A stretch of DNA of 64,000 nt from Trichodelitschia bisporula (lineage: Eukaryota), in contig ML996707.1 in assembly GCA_010356995.1 (NCBI GenBank), positions 434,001-498,000 on the forward strand, read 5' to 3'. Both the position numbers and the translations under genes were made by a program. The notes under the pieces are model-generated. The model searched no databases. It had not been told where the DNA came from and saw nothing but the letters and a program-made list of their open reading frames with translations. This document shows, in pieces, positions 60,201-64,000 of this stretch (positions are counted from its first letter, which is position 1; the number at the start of each line of letters is the position of its first letter).

Positions 60201-63200
60201 AAAGTGCACACAAACACTACTCAGAGTACGTCGGCACATGGCGGCTCGGGTTTCAGGACGTAGTTGTCAATCTGGTTGCGGAAGAAGGTGCCTCGACGGT
60301 CGTTGGAACGCAACTGACAACGGGGATTGAGGACGGCATGCAGCGGAACGACGAGGGATACATCGTCACCGGTGATGGAGAGCGTGTTGACGTCGAGTAC
60401 CTCCTGCGGCGACCGCTCGTGCGCCTCAAGTACCTGACCAAAACGGTCAAGGGCATCAACTACAAGCAACCCTCAGAGGCGACGTCCGCTCTATTCACCA
60501 AGTTCCAGAACTTACTCGATACCTGCAGGAAGAAGATCAACGACGAGCGGGCCCGGATCGAAGATGAAGTTGCGGCGATGATCGATGCCACTCGCGCTCG
60601 GGATCCCAGGACCCTGGCACCGTTGGCTGGTGTCAAAATCGATCCGACACGTCGCGTGCGCGCACGCGACTTCTTCGACCTTAGTTTCTCACACTCAAGC
60701 GGGCAGCAATTCGACTCTCGAATCGAAATGCTGATGCGCGACGATGCTCCCGGCAAAGGCAACGGTGGCGATGTCTTGATTTGCGACGTCGACGTCACTG
60801 GCCGGTGGTTGTTCCTTCCTCCTGTACAACTCAACCGCATCTCCACCCGCGCTGGAGATGAATTTGGCGAAATTGTCGTCATGATCCGTGGGGGTGTGTC
60901 TACGAATAAGGAGTGGCGCGAGATGTTCACACTCCGGACAGATGATGAGGAAGTTCGATTCGAGTGGATCTCGATGCTGGGTCTTACCCCTGAACCGCCT
61001 AAAATGGTCCGCACGCGAACTTTTAGGGAAGCTTGCCCTACAAGCAGCCACGGCTCATCACTCGTTTCTACATCGACCCGTACCGACTCCACTTACACAT
61101 ATACCAGCGGCTCATCGGGTGCTCAGGAGAGCCTCGTTCCAATTGGTGCTCGGCCTGGTGCCAATGCAAAGAAGTGGAGTGCGGATACCCCAGAGCGGCG
61201 TTCACCAGAGGTGGGCTCGCCGGTATCGCCGCCGAGCAGTGACAGCACTAGCCACCATTCGAAGCTGGACGACGTCGATACCATCTCAACTTTCTCATGG
61301 GGCACAAGCTACATCCCCGCACATCGGCGAAAGACACCAGAACCAATTGAAGGAGCTTCAAGCACATCCTCAATCCTGCCTCAGGAACAGGTTCCGGACC
61401 GTTCCGCGAGCATGCCTCGAGACTTGAACGAAGCCATGGCACTTGCCGGCCGGGCCGAGCCTTCCACTCCGACATTGAAGCGCACCACCGCCAAGCGCTA
61501 CCACCACCGCAAGACTCCTTCTTTGCCAACGACGCCTGAGGAACGGTGCTCTCCTCCACTGGCGGCGCCCACGAAGTCCCCAGTGCAGCCGTCTTCCGAG
61601 CCCACTCGCCGTTCCTCTGGTACGAAGCAAACATCGTCACGCCAACCAAGCAAGCGCCAAGCCAAGAAGCCCGAGTCCAAAGGATTCAGCGTCTGGTTAC
61701 CGACATCAGATGCAGAGCTGAGCGACGATTCTGACAAGTCCGGCGAGGAGACGTCGCCAATTGCTAGGTCTAAGCATAATCGCTCATCTTCAGTGCCGAT
61801 TCTCGACCTTCCGAATATCCCGAAGTTGAGGAAACCGGAGGTGAACTCGGGAGATCGTCAGGTAAGAGAAAATCGCAACACGAGCGGTCCTAGCAGGACG
61901 CAAACAAAGTCTCGTCCACCTTCTGGAAAACCTTCACCCAGCCCCCCCGAGCCCGAGACCCCGCCTCCCCCTCCACCGCACCGCTCGCCGAGTTCATCTC
62001 AGGGGAAGCTTGGAACAATACCTACTTTCACACCCACTCCTACCCAACAGAAGCGCAGATCTTCCTCGCCCCTGAAGCACGAATACCAGCCGTCCTCCCC
62101 GAGTTTGACCTCAAGCTCGTCCGAGGAGTACACTGATGACGATATCTCGCAGTCTTCATCGAGTGATTCGGAAGACGATAGCATCGACAACATAGAAGAC
62201 GACGATATCATCAGTCAGTTATCCTCAGCCATGGTCGCACCATCTCGTATCGCAGCTCAGGAGAGAATGTACTCGATTCCAAACGCCCCGGCCACGGTGA
62301 CGCCTTCTCAGTCAGCTTCGCAGGCGCCATACAGGAAAGTCGTGAAGCAGTCCAGCGATATCATGTTCAAGACTTACGCCACCGTCTTCGCTTGGCTTGA
62401 CGACCGTGGCCGCCATGATAATCTTCATACATCTGAATGCCTGATCGTTGTCTCTCCCGGTCTCATCGAAGCCTTCGATGATGGGTCTGCGGACGGTCCG
62501 CCGCTCATCGCACTGGAGCTGACTCCGATTGTGAGCATCCATCGTGGGACCGTGATTGACGTCAGCATCCAGTCGCCTGTGACCGAGGGCTCCAAGCTGA
62601 AGCCGAAGTCGCGGCAGTTCATGTTCCGTGTGCGCGACTCTTTGGAGGCCGAGGCTTTCTATGGTCAAGTGAACAAGGCGCGGAACAACAATCCAACATA
62701 CAAGCTACTGCAAGACGCACGCCCGGCGCCGCCAGCTGACCCAGCTTGGGCATCTGGTCTGGATCGCGCAAACAGCTTCCGTGCGCAGGGTGCCGGGCCT
62801 GCGCCTAGTTTCTGGAACATTGGCACTCGTCGCTCTCGTAGTTACCGCGCGTCTACTCGTGCTCCGTCTACCGCCGCAAACACCGAGAGCTCAGTCCGGA
62901 CCATTCAATCTGTTCTTTCTGCGATGAAGCGTCTCGGTGCTAGCCGCTTGTTCAGCAACACCCGGGCCAATTCAAGCAACAATGAGGGTTCGTTCGAGAA
63001 CGACGGATCCGGAGGCGAGACTCCCCCGACCGAGCTTATTGGCGGTGCGCAGGGATTGATCGCCAGCGCAAAGGTCCGGCTCTACACTCGGCCCCACAGC
63101 ACCTCGCGGAATTTTCGTGACATTGGCTCAGGACGTCTCTTCATCAAGCGCCCGGAGCCGGACAATACGCCCAACGCGCCTGCCCGCTTGCACACGGGGT

Positions 63201-63499
63201 CGGAGAAGCGTGTCATGGTGGTCAACGAGAAGCGCGGCAATGTCATGCTTGATGTTACTCTAGGCTCGATGTGCTTTGAGCCTCTGGCTCGTGTCGGCAT
63301 TGCCGTCAGTGTGTGGGAGAATGTGGCCGAGGAAGGTGGCGTTGCTCATCAGGGCGGCGTTAGTGAGCGGCGTGTGCGCCTCTATGTTCTTCAGGTAAGT
63401 CTCTATGCTCTGGGATACAATTCAGATACTAACGTCTTGCAGTTGAAGGACGTCCAGAACACGGCGTACATTCTCTCGTTGCTGAGGGGTCGGAACTAG
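57236..63499 (+). CDS. Large (~2070 aa) protein with central DH(RhoGEF)-like helical region and PH-like regions within long disordered segments
   Basis: 2118-codon ORF, first ATG at 57236. ELASDESKYMRELRTLADSVIP (DH CR1-like), LLRRPLVRLKYL (CR3-like), beta-rich PH-like segments; terminal in-frame intron 63395-63442. Confidence 0.7.
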   Translation: MPAPLASQTRASAPAKAADPAKPAPKLTTRNLVGGKPIDVHSNATVRDKVRKWHLKGGGVITQDDVLADSDAEVPAKEPVKEAKESREPSVVENSKELVLVKPDGVKSDVSSRSKGKGESVLVAPDGVKSDVSSRSKGKSRAGSETPVVVVEYDTADAPATPQRSHVSIREAVTEPARPRIIEHRPKADSAEGRIVDPPSTPHQSDLSLREPPATDPLKPRIVERKPRPNTLDEEIHEATAPKKRVVSDSRWRRQHSPTKPTQPKEPAPPPASNLSKKDVKLAWVRPPLLPRQSGGTEEPPKPKPKPPAKPIGVYSGKVQQPRRPLAATVLSPLLNKLEGSFLDTPPQQIQPLSPPRTRSTLRKKPPQPRATSPDWVSSDDDDIHPSRNNARRRRSSAQPEPFIDRRTSKNRRKSRETLSEPSLSSSEESPERRPSDRRRNKSAGPGGQDYRGYVSDRRPSSDRRASMTKKPSMDAHDIPHGMRRENHMRSKTEGSYMEDRGYKQSPRPRQDHDYGRTAADYRSEYEKFAPRRDPYDTERSGTVRRKQPPAYEAAEDEPPPLQPVSGNRVEAWLSGTPDPFTTPKKKPDRRVFSFEQTSKLELSPSDVTSESHSPDVRSSKRKSSSKKSKDLRVETELRRHVRAHSEPLNHDLESETGYSSTTSASTLKRSGAHRGHARTPTRDLKSPRYDDTNTDVSTATSLTESSRLTETTVTDSSHLTGSVITESVITESTITDSTLTESTLTESDLTSSALSSSVDPRQFELPELRPRPGMPGYVARRMFPSTGKRLSTIASVETFNTKAQQAPPSEISEGGSEVSQATERPASDIVTDLPNMAGDNTVGASKSRASLKRRLTKHSDLMTVLSMPGATRSKSIISARSIRTHRSRLETATVQDLMRELASDESKYMRELRTLADSVIPVLLKCLLSKSEASVAVGLFNKALTTEKEAIAATTKTITDMSIAVKKLKTLHKRIPKESHTSFLIWAQSAHKHYSEYVGTWRLGFQDVVVNLVAEEGASTVVGTQLTTGIEDGMQRNDEGYIVTGDGERVDVEYLLRRPLVRLKYLTKTVKGINYKQPSEATSALFTKFQNLLDTCRKKINDERARIEDEVAAMIDATRARDPRTLAPLAGVKIDPTRRVRARDFFDLSFSHSSGQQFDSRIEMLMRDDAPGKGNGGDVLICDVDVTGRWLFLPPVQLNRISTRAGDEFGEIVVMIRGGVSTNKEWREMFTLRTDDEEVRFEWISMLGLTPEPPKMVRTRTFREACPTSSHGSSLVSTSTRTDSTYTYTSGSSGAQESLVPIGARPGANAKKWSADTPERRSPEVGSPVSPPSSDSTSHHSKLDDVDTISTFSWGTSYIPAHRRKTPEPIEGASSTSSILPQEQVPDRSASMPRDLNEAMALAGRAEPSTPTLKRTTAKRYHHRKTPSLPTTPEERCSPPLAAPTKSPVQPSSEPTRRSSGTKQTSSRQPSKRQAKKPESKGFSVWLPTSDAELSDDSDKSGEETSPIARSKHNRSSSVPILDLPNIPKLRKPEVNSGDRQVRENRNTSGPSRTQTKSRPPSGKPSPSPPEPETPPPPPPHRSPSSSQGKLGTIPTFTPTPTQQKRRSSSPLKHEYQPSSPSLTSSSSEEYTDDDISQSSSSDSEDDSIDNIEDDDIISQLSSAMVAPSRIAAQERMYSIPNAPATVTPSQSASQAPYRKVVKQSSDIMFKTYATVFAWLDDRGRHDNLHTSECLIVVSPGLIEAFDDGSADGPPLIALELTPIVSIHRGTVIDVSIQSPVTEGSKLKPKSRQFMFRVRDSLEAEAFYGQVNKARNNNPTYKLLQDARPAPPADPAWASGLDRANSFRAQGAGPAPSFWNIGTRRSRSYRASTRAPSTAANTESSVRTIQSVLSAMKRLGASRLFSNTRANSSNNEGSFENDGSGGETPPTELIGGAQGLIASAKVRLYTRPHSTSRNFRDIGSGRLFIKRPEPDNTPNAPARLHTGSEKRVMVVNEKRGNVMLDVTLGSMCFEPLARVGIAVSVWENVAEEGGVAHQGGVSERRVRLYVLQVSLYALGYNSDTNVLQLKDVQNTAYILSLLRGRN
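57530..57652 (+). repeat. 66-nt in-frame tandem duplication (VLVxPDGVKSDVSSRSKGK x2)
   Basis: Near-identical copies at 57530-57586 and 57596-57652. Confidence 0.9.
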
Positions 63500-64000
63500 G
63501 CGGCGCCGCTATCTATACACCATTGCTAGTCTTGCTATCCCACATTCTTCGTGTGATCTTTGTATCTTTGTAATTTTTTTTCTCTTATTAGCGTGGTGTT
63601 CTGGCGCTGATTTTGCGTGACACGGCAACGCGAATGGGGGATTATGGGGCACGGAGGCTACGGGATAGAGAGGGTCGGCGGACTGTTGTTCAATGTTTTT
63701 CGTTGTATGTTAGGCTGCGTCCGTCTTGGACGTGAGCAGAGTGAGAGCAGCGCCAGTAGTAATGCACGAATAGCAACGATACTACATTATCATACATCTA
63801 TTTGGCTTGTACCCGTGGTTTTCCTCGGCCCGAACACGGCATCCCGACGTTCGCATTGCGCCAAGGTAAGGACTGCGGCAGCACCGGTTGCTCCGGCGCA
63901 ACAAGGGACCGGCGGGCGTAGCGATATGCAGACTCGCTTAAGTTGCACCGGCGGTCTGGCCCTGGGCTCGCCGGCACTGTGGCGCCTGTAGTGGGCGGAG

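Overview
Eukaryotic, intron-rich DNA from a filamentous ascomycete (Pezizomycotina-type genes, ~50-nt GT-AG introns with CTRAY branch points). About 14 recognisable or well-supported protein-coding genes: a Upc2/Ecm22-like Zn2Cys6 factor, UCH37-type deubiquitinase, a 983-aa coiled-coil membrane protein, a giant GHKL-ATPase/HET fusion, a GNS1/SUR4 elongase with a long tail, an Alt a 1-like secreted protein, LEU2, APC10, a Pth11-like membrane protein, a divergent FET3/FTR1 iron-uptake pair with six exact ATCAGATAA GATA sites, a BTB-like protein, a vWA protein, a GPI-anchored Cys-rich protein, an EBP-family sterol isomerase and a ~2070-aa DH/PH-like protein. There is also a U2 snRNA gene with non-canonical loops. 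The standout is 12614-19454: five separate ORFs join through four introns (the last a GC-AG intron) into one ~2210-aa protein. It carries a sacsin/NO VEIN-like GHKL ATPase, an apparently catalytically degenerate NO VEIN C-terminal (DUF3883-like) nuclease domain and an intact HET-6-like cell-death domain, making it a candidate non-NLR fungal immune or incompatibility receptor. All family assignments are from motif recognition by eye; no searches were run.
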